The notes: generated from the sequence alone by a model not told the origin. Shown: positions 28,969-39,050, counted from the first letter of the stretch. The stretch is 64,000 nt of DNA from an uncultured Chloroflexia bacterium (GCA_963828165.1 CAWHDR010000001.1:32001-96000), one strand, 5' to 3'. Translations and numbers: made by a program.

Positions 28969-30357
28969 CTATGCGTCCGGGACCGGGTCGGAAGGCGCGT
29001 CCGGATCGGCCTCCCAGCCGGTCGACCAGTCGATATCGAGCGCGATGCTGGAGTCGTCCGACGCGAGATCGGATTCCGGTGCCGGCGCGCCGAGGCCCAG
29101 GTAGGCGTCCTTCGCGGCGGAGAGTCCGACATCCTTTCCGGCGAGCTCGGAGAGGATCCACTTCTGCTCGAGCATGTCGCAGTACGCCTGGAGGGGATCG
29201 CGTCCCGGACCGATCGCCGGGACGAGCTCGCGGAGGCTCGGTTCGAGGACGTTGACCAGCCAACGCTCGGCTGCCTCCTTTTCGGAGATCGATCGTCCCT
29301 CTTCGTGCTCGAGCCAGGCCTGGTGCTCGTGCAGGTCGTTGAGCAGGAGCTGCGCCTGCCCCTCGAGAGCGACGAGCCCCGTCAGTCGACCCAGCTCGCG
29401 GGCGTGGAACCGCCGATTGGCGACGGCGACCTTCAACCGGACCACGTTCTGGCCGTGCCCGATCGGTTCGAGCGTGATCTCGTCGACCGCGAAGCCGAGC
29501 TCGTTGAGCCGGCGGATGCGAGCCCGCACGGCGTGTCGATCGTCGGCTGACAGCTCGGGCTCGAGGTGCAGCTCGTCCCAGACGTCCGCGTAGCGGGCGC
29601 GAACGGTCTCGGCGGCCTCGACCGCGTCGTCGGAGGCGCCCTCGCGCGCCTGCATGGCCCCGAGGTCAGCCAGGCCGAAGGCCACGTTCTCGACGAGGAT
29701 GTCAAGGTCGTACTCCCGCTGTCCGTCTGACAGCGACGGGTGGATCTCGCTCGTCTCTGCGTCGACGAGGAACGCCTGGATCTTGTCGCCATCACGACGG
29801 AACAGCGTGTTGGCGAGCGAGCAATCGCCCCAGAACACACCGGCTCGGTGGAGGTCCACGAGAAGCCACGCCATCGCGTCGAGCAACCGGTCGCGGTACG
29901 GCCCCGGACCGAGCGGGAAGCGCATGAGCAGGCGCCGGTACTGGATGGAGAACTCCAGGTATTCGGTCACGAGGATGGCCGTGTCCCGATCCGGGGCCGC
30001 GGCGAGCCCCACGGGCGCCACGGCCGGCAGGCCCTTCGCCTGGAGGTGGCGAAGCACGGTGAACTCGGTCGACGCCACCTCGAGCGGCTCCTCCTTGAGC
30101 GCATAGGTTCGGCGGCCGCTGGTCAGGAACCTGACGAGGTGACGGGAGGGTCCCACGGGCAGCTCGCGCACGCGCATCCCGGCGATCGTCTTCTGGTCGT
30201 CGGGGCGCCACTCCCCGAGCGGACGCTCCCAGGGCAGGTCAAGCAGCTCGGCCGCGCCCTCACGCAGCCGAAGGCGCGGGAAGGCAGAGACGTTGCGCGG
30301 GGCGGGTTCCGAGGGCTCGGCAGCGGTCTCGACCGGCCCGGTCCCTGGAGTCGACAC
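28969..30357 (-). CDS. DUF4032 domain protein (kinase-like N-terminus)
   Basis: LDLPW..PL..W, SRHLVRF, LHRAGVFWGDCSLANTLFRRD, LVDAETSE.H, LEQKWILSE. Confidence 0.85.
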   Translation of the reverse strand: MSTPGTGPVETAAEPSEPAPRNVSAFPRLRLREGAAELLDLPWERPLGEWRPDDQKTIAGMRVRELPVGPSRHLVRFLTSGRRTYALKEEPLEVASTEFTVLRHLQAKGLPAVAPVGLAAAPDRDTAILVTEYLEFSIQYRRLLMRFPLGPGPYRDRLLDAMAWLLVDLHRAGVFWGDCSLANTLFRRDGDKIQAFLVDAETSEIHPSLSDGQREYDLDILVENVAFGLADLGAMQAREGASDDAVEAAETVRARYADVWDELHLEPELSADDRHAVRARIRRLNELGFAVDEITLEPIGHGQNVVRLKVAVANRRFHARELGRLTGLVALEGQAQLLLNDLHEHQAWLEHEEGRSISEKEAAERWLVNVLEPSLRELVPAIGPGRDPLQAYCDMLEQKWILSELAGKDVGLSAAKDAYLGLGAPAPESDLASDDSSIALDIDWSTGWEADPDAPSDPVPDA

Positions 30358-30368
30358 GGACGGTCCGG

Positions 30369-30808
30369 TCAGAGCTTCTTGCGCAGGTAGGCCGTGACGG
30401 CCCCGTCGTAGCCCAGCGATTCGTACAGACGGCGGGCTTCCGGACGGTGGTGGCCGGCCGTGATCTCGATGAACGCGGCGCCGAGCTCGGCGCCGATGCG
30501 CTCGGCTTCCGCCATCAGCGCGTGACCGACGCCGCGCTCGCGGGCGCCTGCGTCCACGACCAGGGCCAGCACCCGCAGGATCCGGTCGTCGTGCTCGAAG
30601 CGGGGCATCGCGTGGAGGGCGATGAACCCGAGCAGCTCGCCTTCGTGCTCCGCGACCAGGACACGCGAGAAATCCGACCCGAAACGGGTGAGCCGTTGCG
30701 ACGATATCGCTCGGGTCCGGCCGGGTAGCCCTCGTCGGTGAACAGGGTGGCGATCGTCTCGGCGTCGGTCTCGGCCGCCGGTCGGATGGTGGGGTCGCTG
30801 TCGGTCAT
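30369..30808 (-). pseudogene. GNAT acetyltransferase with frameshifts (likely sequencing error)
   Basis: N-terminal MTDSDPTIRPA...EGYP and C-terminal LVVDAGARERGVG...YESLGY are in different frames. Removing two extra bases at about 30698-30716 gives PAGPSDIVARLTRF. Confidence 0.75.
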
Positions 30809-31215
30809 GGTGGCGATGGTACGGCCTCGACGACGAGGCGATGGGGACCGGCGGGCCCGCCACCGAGCCGCAGACGCTCGGATCCGAAGGGACCCGGCCG
30901 CGCGGCGGACAGCGCCCCGGAGCCCATGCTGGACGGCGCCGCGAGGACCCAGGTCGCTGCCCAACCCTCGCCCGAGCGGGCCAGCGACGCCGCGAGGCGG
31001 CCCTCGGTATCAGGCTCGAGCAGCGCGATCCACAGCCCCGTATCGGCCGCCCGGGCCGATCTGCAGCGCGCTCCAAGGAGCACGGACGCGGGTGCGGCGC
31101 CGAAGGCGGCGCCTGGGGCGAGCAGGTGCGCGAGCTGCTCCGCGGCGCGGTCCAGCTCGACCGTCGCCCAGCCGATGGCCATGACGCGGGACGCCACGTC
31201 CGGCAGGTCGATCAC
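30805..31215 (-). CDS. Hypothetical protein (glyoxalase/VOC-like)
   Basis: AIGWATVELDRA...IALLEP..EGRLAASLAR.GEG. Overlaps both neighbouring GNAT genes by 4 nt. Confidence 0.65.
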   Translation of the reverse strand: MIDLPDVASRVMAIGWATVELDRAAEQLAHLLAPGAAFGAAPASVLLGARCRSARAADTGLWIALLEPDTEGRLAASLARSGEGWAATWVLAAPSSMGSGALSAARPGPFGSERLRLGGGPAGPHRLVVEAVPSPP

Positions 31216-32045
31216 CCGACCAGCACCATATCCGGCGCCGGGTCGCCGCCCATCACGAACCCGAGCCGTTCGTAGAGCGCGATGGCCGCGGGATTGTCCG
31301 CGAACACCCCGAGATGGACCCACTCGCTGCCGGCTTCGACCGCGTCGAGCAGGGCTCGAGCCGTCACGAGCCGACCGAAACCCAGGCCCCGTGCGCGCTC
31401 CACGGTCCCGATCGACGAGAGGTAGCTCAGGCCGTCGAACGTCGCGCGCCGAGCGACCGCGACCGGAAGGCCAGCCTGCCGAACCACGTAGTGCATGAAA
31501 CGCCGGTCCGCGAGCGACGCCACGGTCTCCGCGACCATCGCTTCGCGCCTCGCCGCGCCGACGCCGAACGCGTCGAACAACACCGAGACGATGGCGTCGG
31601 CGGCGGCCCCGGCGGCGTCGCCTTTGACGCCCGCGAGCTGCTCCAGGACCACGTCGGCAGCCGGCGGCGCCGCCAGGGCGGCCTGCGCCGGCGTACCGTC
31701 GCGCGCGACCATGAGCAATCCCTTGCCCATGTCCTCGAACCCGTTGGCCGCCAGCCGCGCGGCCAGATCGAGCGGTTCGTCGTGTGGGGGCGAGACCCAG
31801 ATGTGCGGCTGTCGGCCGATCGAAGCGAACAGGATGCCCACCTCGGCCAGCCGCCGATCGAACGCGGCCGCCTCGCTCGGCCAGCGCGCGCCTTCGACCC
31901 GGTTCCAGAAGGGTTCCGGATCGAGCGGGTCATGGAGGAGCAGCGCATCGCCGAGATCGCGCAGCTCGCGCCCCGGGATCGCATGGACCTCGGCCTCGTG
32001 CCGGAGCAGACGGCGCAGCGTGTCCCTGTCGATCGGCGGTGTCAC
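31212..32045 (-). CDS. GNAT family acetyltransferase
   Basis: C-terminal IGTVERARGLGFG...N.AAIALYERLGF. Start VTPPID. Confidence 0.85.
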   Translation of the reverse strand: MTPPIDRDTLRRLLRHEAEVHAIPGRELRDLGDALLLHDPLDPEPFWNRVEGARWPSEAAAFDRRLAEVGILFASIGRQPHIWVSPPHDEPLDLAARLAANGFEDMGKGLLMVARDGTPAQAALAAPPAADVVLEQLAGVKGDAAGAAADAIVSVLFDAFGVGAARREAMVAETVASLADRRFMHYVVRQAGLPVAVARRATFDGLSYLSSIGTVERARGLGFGRLVTARALLDAVEAGSEWVHLGVFADNPAAIALYERLGFVMGGDPAPDMVLVG

Positions 32046-32060
32046 ACTGCGAGCCCTTCC

Positions 32061-32086
32061 GAAACCGCGCGGACCGTGGCAACGTA
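32061..32086 (+). promoter_or_regulatory. Putative ECF sigma promoter upstream of cupredoxin
   Basis: GAAAC-N17-CGTA resembles SigW-type ECF promoters. Confidence 0.45.
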
Positions 32087-32135
32087 GACGCCCCCGAACG
32101 CCGAATATCGAACGCCTCGCTCCCAGGAGGAAGCC

Positions 32136-32576
32136 ATGTCCCGCTTGCTGCCCGTTCTCGCCATGACTGCCGCGCTGGCCCTTTCCGCGTGTGCCGGCGG
32201 CGGCACGACCGGGACCGCGAGTCTCGGCCCGCCGGAACCAGCCGGCAGCGCGCCCGCGTCCGCCCCCGCGTCGTCGGACGCCGGAGCGGGTGCCGGCGCG
32301 TGCGCGCCGTCCACGGAGGCCGGCACGGTCGACGCCGCGATGACCGGGAACGCGTTCTCGCCGGGCACGATCACGGCCAAGGTCGGGGACGTCATCACGT
32401 GGACCAACGGCGACGGTGTGCCCCATACGGCGACGTACAAGGACGACCCGACGTGCACGACCGAGCGGCTCGGCCAAGGTGAGTCCGGCGGCCTCACGTT
32501 CAGTGCGGCGGGCACGTACGCGTTCTTCTGCCAGGTCCACACGGACATGACCGGGACCATCGAGGTCACGAGCTAG
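32136..32576 (+). CDS. Cupredoxin / plastocyanin-azurin family lipoprotein
   Basis: Lipobox LSAC, FSP..I, WTN.D..PHT, type-1 Cu ligands C..H...M (FFCQVHTDM), AGGAGG RBS. Confidence 0.9.
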   Translation: MSRLLPVLAMTAALALSACAGGGTTGTASLGPPEPAGSAPASAPASSDAGAGAGACAPSTEAGTVDAAMTGNAFSPGTITAKVGDVITWTNGDGVPHTATYKDDPTCTTERLGQGESGGLTFSAAGTYAFFCQVHTDMTGTIEVTS

Positions 32577-33590
32577 TCAGTCCGCTCGCTCCGCGAGGAA
32601 CACGGCCGCTCCGGACGGCAGGTCGATCGACGTCGGAGCGGGCAGTCCGGCGTCGGCGAACCATGCCAGGAAGCGCTCGCGCGACGCGAGCGCCGTGCCC
32701 TGGTACAGCTCGTCGAGCTGGACGCCGGCGATGATCTCGCCGTGCCGGGTGCGGAACTCGTCCTGGCCCGACGGCAGCGGCCAGTCGAGCACGATCAGGC
32801 GGCCACCCGGCCGCAGGGCGGCCCACGCGGCACGCAGGACCTGCGGAGCATCCCGCAGCTGGTGGAGCGCGTACTGGAAATAGGCGAGGTCGTACTCGCC
32901 GACCTTGCCCGGATCCGTGGCCTTGGCCTCGCGGATATCGATGCGATCCGACAGCCCTGCATCGGCGACGATCGCCCGTGCGCGCGCGACCGAGTCCGCC
33001 TCGAACTCGACGCCGACGAGCTCGAGCGCGGGGAATCGCTGGGCCATCGCCACGAGCCAGCGGCCCCCGCCGCAATGGACATCGACGACGCGGCCCCCGC
33101 GCGACAGGTCGGCGACGAGCTGCGGGAGTGCGGCCAGCACCTCCTGGAAGAAGACCGCGATGTCCTGACGCGTGAGCGTCGCGATGGCCTTCCGGTATCG
33201 CTCCGGTCGCTCGGCGATCGGCGTCCCGGTCCGGAAGAAGTCGGGCATGCCACCCCAGTCCATCGACGCGACGACGGCATGCACGAACTGACCACCGAGG
33301 AAGTCGGCCCGATCGCCATCGAGCAGGATCGCCGCCACGTCCTCGTCCATCACCAGTCGATCGTCGTCGAAGGTCGTCAGGTCGTGCGCGTCGGAAGCCC
33401 ATGCCCAGGCGTCCACGGCAGCCGGATGCGTGCCGGTCGCCGCCGCCAGCTCCGCCGTCGTCACGCCCGTGTCGCGGGCGGCGCGGACCTGCTGGAAGAG
33501 ACCGAGCTCGATGCCCAGGTACACCAGCCACGACCGGTGAAAGCCCCCGAGGCTGGCGATCAGGTCGTCGTACCGGTCGTCGTGGCCCAT
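32577..33590 (-). CDS. Class I SAM-dependent methyltransferase with N-terminal wHTH
   Basis: ELGLF...TTAELAAATG, VVDVHCGGG, LRPGGRL. Confidence 0.85.
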   Translation of the reverse strand: MGHDDRYDDLIASLGGFHRSWLVYLGIELGLFQQVRAARDTGVTTAELAAATGTHPAAVDAWAWASDAHDLTTFDDDRLVMDEDVAAILLDGDRADFLGGQFVHAVVASMDWGGMPDFFRTGTPIAERPERYRKAIATLTRQDIAVFFQEVLAALPQLVADLSRGGRVVDVHCGGGRWLVAMAQRFPALELVGVEFEADSVARARAIVADAGLSDRIDIREAKATDPGKVGEYDLAYFQYALHQLRDAPQVLRAAWAALRPGGRLIVLDWPLPSGQDEFRTRHGEIIAGVQLDELYQGTALASRERFLAWFADAGLPAPTSIDLPSGAAVFLAERAD

Positions 33591-33652
33591 GCCCGGATTG
33601 TCGCATGGTGCCCACGGCCGGGTTCGAGGTGACCCGGGTACCGTAGCGTCAT

Positions 33653-33678
33653 GCAACGGTTGCGGAGCGGGCGGGGTT
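33653..33678 (+). promoter_or_regulatory. Putative autoregulatory ECF promoter
   Basis: GCAAC-N17-GGTT, 10 nt before the ECF start codon. Confidence 0.45.
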
Positions 33679-33688
33679 CCGGGGGTTG

Positions 33689-34288
33689 ATGGATACGGAC
33701 GAACGCCTCACCACCGACCTCGCGCGCGACCTCGACCGCGCCTTCGATGCACTCGTCGTGGCCCACCAGGATCGGATGTACACGATCGCTCTGCGCATGC
33801 TTGGCGACCCGCGCGACGCCGAGGAGGCCGCCCAGGACGCCCTGGTTCGTGCCTATCGGGCGCTGGCCACATATGACGCCGCGCGGATCCGCGAGCTGCG
33901 GCTCCGTGGCTGGCTCACGACGATCGTGCTCAACCTGTGCCGCTCTCGTGGTCTCCGGCGGGCCTCGCGTGGTGCGCCCCCGATCTCGCTGGATGGCGAC
34001 GGAGCCCCGGCTCTCGGGCCGACCGCATCCCGGAACGAGGCGCCGACCGAGGTCGCGGAACGCCACGCCGAACGCGAGCGCTGGAGTGCCCGGCTCGCGG
34101 GGCTGCCACCCTCCTACCGCGCCGCCGTCGTGCTCCGCCACGTCGACGGCCTGTCCTATCCGGAAGCCGCCGCGGCCCTCGGTCGTCCCGAGGGCACGGT
34201 CAAGGCCCAGGTCCACCGAGGACTCGCCCTGTTACGCACGATGCTCGAGGCGGAAGCCCGCCACGAGCTCGAGGAGATGACCGCATGA
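33689..34288 (+). CDS. ECF RNA polymerase sigma factor
   Basis: Region 2 DAEEAAQDA...WLTTIVLN and region 4 LSYPEAA.ALG.PEGTVK.QVHRG. Confidence 0.92.
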   Translation: MDTDERLTTDLARDLDRAFDALVVAHQDRMYTIALRMLGDPRDAEEAAQDALVRAYRALATYDAARIRELRLRGWLTTIVLNLCRSRGLRRASRGAPPISLDGDGAPALGPTASRNEAPTEVAERHAERERWSARLAGLPPSYRAAVVLRHVDGLSYPEAAAALGRPEGTVKAQVHRGLALLRTMLEAEARHELEEMTA

Positions 34289-35103
34289 ACCACCCGCTCG
34301 ATCCTGCCACGACCGACGCAGCCGTCGAGGCCGCACTCGCCGACCTGACCGCGACGGCCCCCGCCGGGCTGCGGCCCAAGGTGCTCGTTGAGACCGGCCT
34401 GGCCGACGCCTACGCCCACATCGATTCGCCGATCGGGCCCCTGACGGTCGCCTGGAATGGCCGCGGGGTGTCGGAGGTGGCCGCGGCCACGGACGGCCCG
34501 ACCTTCCAGGCCCGCCATCGCGCGGCGACCGGACGTGACGCGTTCGCCATGGATACCCTGCCCGCTCGGTTGGCCGAGGCCATCGAACGGCGGCTCGGCG
34601 GGGACCGCCGGGTGCGGATCGACCTCGACCTGCGCGGGCACAGCCCGTTCGAGCAGGACGTCTGGCGCAAGGCGCTCGAGATCCCGCGCGGCGAGGTGCG
34701 TCCGTACGGGTGGGTCGCGGCCGAGATCGGCCGGCCCAGGGCCGTCCGAGCCGTGGGGACCGCCCTCGGCCACAACCCGGTCCCGTTGATCGTGCCGTGC
34801 CACCGCGTCGTGCGCACCGATGGGTTCATCGGCCAGTACTCGCTCGGTGGTCCGGACAACAAGCGGACGATCCTGCGCAGCGAGGGCCTGGATCCGGAGG
34901 GCCTCGAGGCGCAGGCCGCGGCGGGCATCCGCTACGTCGGCTCCGACACCACCAACATCATGTGCCTGCCCACGTGCCGCCACGCGCGCCGGACGATGGA
35001 CGTGCACCGGGTGGCGTTCCGTTCGGTCAGGGATGGAGTCGCGGCCGGGTACCGGCCGTGCAAGGTGTGCCGGCCGGATTCGGGGACATCGCTCGCGGCC
35101 TAG
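34285..35103 (+). CDS. Methylated-DNA--protein-cysteine methyltransferase with C-terminal Ada metal-binding domain
   Basis: DSPIGPL, IPRGEVRPYG, RAVGTA, NPVPLIVPCHRVV. C-terminal CLPTC...GYRPCKVCRP. Start overlaps the ECF stop (ATGA). Confidence 0.92.
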   Translation: MNHPLDPATTDAAVEAALADLTATAPAGLRPKVLVETGLADAYAHIDSPIGPLTVAWNGRGVSEVAAATDGPTFQARHRAATGRDAFAMDTLPARLAEAIERRLGGDRRVRIDLDLRGHSPFEQDVWRKALEIPRGEVRPYGWVAAEIGRPRAVRAVGTALGHNPVPLIVPCHRVVRTDGFIGQYSLGGPDNKRTILRSEGLDPEGLEAQAAAGIRYVGSDTTNIMCLPTCRHARRTMDVHRVAFRSVRDGVAAGYRPCKVCRPDSGTSLAA

Positions 35104-35164
35104 GCATGCGCGACTCCGCGGCGGCAACTCCGCCCCGTCATGTCGACAGCGACACCAGCAGCCG

Positions 35165-35259
35165 GATGTCAGCCCCAGACACCATCTCTCCACAGCCGCG
35201 CACGACCGACGGCCTGATGTCAGCCCCAGACACCATCTCGCCACAGCCGCGCACGACCG
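35165..35259. repeat. Intergenic tandem repeat, 2 x 44 bp with 51-bp period
   Basis: GATGTCAGCCCCAGACACCATCTC(T/G)CCACAGCCGCGCACGACCG at 35165 and 35216. Confidence 0.92.
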
Positions 35260-35400
35260 GTGAACCAGATCGTCAAGATCAACGTACGACGCGGTCGATC
35301 ACGAGGGATCCGTCACGGAATGGTGTCTACGGCTGACACCTTCAACGCCACAGGCCGGATCCCAGGCCCGCGCCCCTGAACCACGTCGTATGCTGGGTGC

Positions 35401-36399
35401 TTGGACCACCTGCCTATGCCAACCGAGCCCCGCCGCCCGCCCGATCGCGGGGCCGTCTGGCTCGGCCTGCTCATCCTCTATGTGGTCTGGGGCTCGACCT
35501 ACCTCGGCATCGCGATCGCGGTCGAGACGATCCCGCCGTTCCTCATGGCGGCCGTGCGGTTCGCGATCGCCGGGACGGTGCTGATGGCCTGGTCGCTCCT
35601 GCGAGCACGCGGCTCGTTCGTCGCCCCGAGTCGGCGCGAGTGGCGCGACACGGTCATCGTGGGCACGCTGCTGCTCGGAGGCGGCATGGGCATGGTCGCG
35701 TTCGGGGAGCAGACGATCCCGTCTGGCATCGCGGCCCTGCTCATCGCGATGATGCCGGTCTGGGTCGCGATCTTCGGACGCATCTTCCTCGGCGAGCGTC
35801 TGCCGCGGCTGGCCGGCGTCGGCATCGTGGTCGGCTTCGTCGGGGTCGCGATCCTCGTCGGGCCGACGATCCTGGGCCAGACCGGTGCCCTCGACCCGAT
35901 CGGCCTGGTCGCCCTGATCATTTCGCCGATCGCTTGGTCGCTCGGCTCGCTGTACGCCTCGCACCGCGCGACGCTCCCCCGCCAGCCGCTCGTCGCGACC
36001 GGCACGCAAATGCTCGCCGGTGGTGCGGTCCTCGCCCTCATGGCCGGCGTGACCGGCGAATTCGGGCGGTTCGATGCCGCCGCTGTCTCGAGCGAGTCGA
36101 TCGGCGCACTCGTCTACCTCACGGTCATCGGCAGCTTGCTCGCCTTCACCGCCTATGGCTGGCTCCTGCGCGTGGCGCCGCTACCGCTCATCGCAACGTA
36201 CGCCTACGTGAACCCGGTCGTGGCCGTGATCCTGGGCGCGCTCGTGCGCAACGAGCCGATCGACCCCCGCACGCTCGTGGCGGGCGGCGTGATCATCGGC
36301 GCGGTCGCGCTGATCGTGACCGCACGCGGCCGGATGACGGCGCCGGCGTTCAGGCCGTCGGACGCTCCCAACCCTGGGCCGGCCACGGCTCGCACCTGA
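35401..36399 (+). CDS. EamA/DMT family transporter (YedA-like)
   Basis: YVVWGSTYL.I, IPPFLMAAVRF, YAYVNPVVAV and about 10 TM segments. Confidence 0.92.
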   Translation: MDHLPMPTEPRRPPDRGAVWLGLLILYVVWGSTYLGIAIAVETIPPFLMAAVRFAIAGTVLMAWSLLRARGSFVAPSRREWRDTVIVGTLLLGGGMGMVAFGEQTIPSGIAALLIAMMPVWVAIFGRIFLGERLPRLAGVGIVVGFVGVAILVGPTILGQTGALDPIGLVALIISPIAWSLGSLYASHRATLPRQPLVATGTQMLAGGAVLALMAGVTGEFGRFDAAAVSSESIGALVYLTVIGSLLAFTAYGWLLRVAPLPLIATYAYVNPVVAVILGALVRNEPIDPRTLVAGGVIIGAVALIVTARGRMTAPAFRPSDAPNPGPATART

Positions 36400-37559
36400 G
36401 CGGCCGGTCCTCGCGGTAGCCCAGGGCGTAGTCGGCCTGGATCAGCGTGTGGAGCTGGCTCGTCCCCTCGTAGATGACCGCGGCCTTCGAGTTGCGCAGG
36501 TAGCGTTCGACCGGGAACTCGTTCGAATAGCCGTTGGCGCCGTGGACCTGGATGGCGTCGAGCGCGCTCTGCACGGAGTGCTCGGTGGCGTGCCACTTGG
36601 CGAGGCTCGTCTCGCGCGTGTTGCGCAAGCCCTGGTTCTTGAGCCAGGCCGCGCGCCACACGAGCAGGCGGCCCATCTCGATGCCTGCGGCCATCTTCGC
36701 GATCATCTGCTTGACGAGCTGGTGCTCGCCGATCTCCTGGCCGAAGGTGTGGCGGTCGTGGGCGTAGGCGACGCTGGCATCGAGACAGGCCTGGGCGAGC
36801 CCAACGGCTCCGGCGGCGACCGTGAACCGGCCCTGGTCGATGGCGCTCATCGCGACGAGGAAGCCCTCCCCTTCCTCGCCGATGCGGTGCTCCTCGGGCA
36901 CGACGACGTCGTCGAGGTTGATCAGGCCGGTGTTGCCGGCGCGGATCCCGAGCTTGCCGTGGAGCGTGCCGGTCGACAGGCCGGCCATGCCGCGCTCCAG
37001 GAGGAACGCGGTGACGCCCTTGTGCTTCTTCGACCGATCGACGCTGGCGAAGACGAGGAAATGGTCGGCGATGTCGGCGAGGCTGATCCAGATCTTCTGG
37101 CCGTTCAGCCGGTACGCCGCGCCGTCGCGACGGGCGGTGGCTTGGAGAGCTCCGGCATCCGTGCCGACCCCGGGCTCTGTCAGACCGAACGTCGCGAGCT
37201 TCTCGCCCCTGGCCTGCGGGACGAGCCAGCGCTGGCGCTGCTCGTCGGTCCCCCACTGGAGCAGCGCCAGCGAGTTGAGCCCGACGTGCACGCTCTGGAC
37301 GACGCGGAACGCGGTGTCGGCACGCTCCAGCTCCTCGCACAGGAGCGCGAAGCTGACGTAGTCCATCCCCCCGCCGCCGTAGGTCTCCGGGATCGGGGCG
37401 CCGAGGAAGCCTTGCTCGGCCATCTTCTCGAACAGGCTCCGCGGGAAGCCGTCGCCCCGCGTCCCACTCGCGGATGTGGGGCAGGATCTCGGCCTCGGCG
37501 AAGGCCCGAGCTGCCCCCTGCACGAGCCGGTTCTCGTCGGTGAGCGTGAAGTCGACCAT
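36350..37559 (-). pseudogene. Acyl-CoA dehydrogenase with a frameshift near the 5' end (likely sequencing error)
   Basis: MVDFTLTDENRLV...PHIREWD is in one frame and GFPRSLF...FGLTEPGVGTD...IYEGTSQ in another. The shift lies in a G/C run at about 37455-37462. Confidence 0.8.
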
Positions 37560-37624
37560 GGGCCGAATGCTAGCCGCTGCGCCCGGTGGTCGAGGCGCGC
37601 TCGTGGCGAACCTATAATCCCGCG

Positions 37625-38932
37625 ATGGACCGACCCGTGACCGCGGTCGCCGCACCGGCGGCCCTTGCTCCGCACCTGACGCCCGTCCTGGGCCGCTATT
37701 TCCAGCGCGACTGGAGCCACGGCCAGGGGCACCGCCTGTACGACACGGATGGGCGCGCCTACCTCGACTTCGCGAACGGCATCGCGGTCACGGCGCTCGG
37801 GCACGTCCACCCGCGGGTGACCGCGGCGATCCACGCCCAGGTCGACAAGCTCATCGGACCGATCAACGCGGTCGGCTTCACCGAACCCATCAGCCGCCTT
37901 GCCGACGAGATCGCGGCGACCTTTCCCAGTCCGCTCGATTCGGTGATGTTCCTCAATTCGGGCTCCGAGGCGATCGACGGCGCCCTGAAACTCGCGCGTC
38001 GGGTCACGGGCCGGCCGGGGATCATCGCGTTCCGGGGCGGCTTCCACGGCCGGACGTGGGGCGCGACCTCGGTCACGAGCTCCGCGATCAACTACCGGAC
38101 CGGGTACGAGCCGCTGCTCCCCGGTGTGCACCTCTCGACGTTTCCGGCCGTGTACCGAGGGTTCGGCGGTGACGAAGCGGCTGCCGTGGCGGGCGCGATG
38201 GCCGACCTTCGGACGCTGACCTCGACCGACATCCCGGCGTCATCGGTGGCATGCGTGCTCATCGAGCCCGTCCAGGGCGAAGGTGGCTTCACGCCCGCTC
38301 CGCCTGCCTTCCTGCGCGAGCTTCGGGCTTTCTGCGACGAGCACGGGATCCTGCTCATCGCCGACGAGGTCCAGTCCGGCTACGGTCGGACCGGACGCAT
38401 GTGGGCATTCGAGCACGCAGGCATCGTGCCGGATGTCGTCGTGCTGGCCAAGGCGATCGCCAACGGCCTGCCGCTCTCGGCGATCGTGTCGTCGCGGGAG
38501 CTCCAGGAGCGCTGGGGTCGAGGCGCGCACGGGTCGACGTACGGCGGGAACCCGGTGGCCTGCGCGGCGGGGTCGGCCGTCCTCGAGACCATCGGCGAGG
38601 AAGGCCTGGTCGAAAACGCCGCCGCACGCGGCGCCGAGCTTCGCTCCGGGCTCGAACGGATCGCCGCGGAGGACGACCGCATCGGGGATGTGCGCGGCCC
38701 GGGCATGATGATCGGGGTGGAGTTCGTCAGGGATCGCGCGACGCGCGAGCCGGACGGGACCCTGCCCGACCGGTTGTCGGCCGCCTGTGCGGATGCGGGG
38801 CTGCTCGTGCTCACCTGCGGGAGCCAGCACGAGGTCGTGCGCTGGATCCCGCCACTCGACGTGACCGCAGCCGAGATCAGCGAGGCCGTCGAGATCTTCG
38901 GCGAGACATTGGCGGGGATCCCGCGAGACTAG
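37625..38932 (+). CDS. Class III aminotransferase (4-aminobutyrate aminotransferase-like)
   Basis: NSGSEA, FHGRT, EPVQGEGG, DEVQSGYGRTG, AKAIANG, STYGGNP. TATAAT sits 6 nt before the ATG. Confidence 0.92.
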   Translation: MDRPVTAVAAPAALAPHLTPVLGRYFQRDWSHGQGHRLYDTDGRAYLDFANGIAVTALGHVHPRVTAAIHAQVDKLIGPINAVGFTEPISRLADEIAATFPSPLDSVMFLNSGSEAIDGALKLARRVTGRPGIIAFRGGFHGRTWGATSVTSSAINYRTGYEPLLPGVHLSTFPAVYRGFGGDEAAAVAGAMADLRTLTSTDIPASSVACVLIEPVQGEGGFTPAPPAFLRELRAFCDEHGILLIADEVQSGYGRTGRMWAFEHAGIVPDVVVLAKAIANGLPLSAIVSSRELQERWGRGAHGSTYGGNPVACAAGSAVLETIGEEGLVENAAARGAELRSGLERIAAEDDRIGDVRGPGMMIGVEFVRDRATREPDGTLPDRLSAACADAGLLVLTCGSQHEVVRWIPPLDVTAAEISEAVEIFGETLAGIPRD

Positions 38933-39050
38933 TAGGCGGCACCCAGTCGCGGGCATGCCAGAGCGCCCGGGGAGGGACCGGGCGCTCGGAGGCGGCGTCG
39001 CGAACTGTCGGGCGGGCGTGGCGACAGCCACGACCGCCGAGTCGGCTGAG

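Noticed and set aside
35165-35259. Possible mini-CRISPR array
   Set aside because: Only two copies with a 7-nt spacer, no palindrome and no cas genes.
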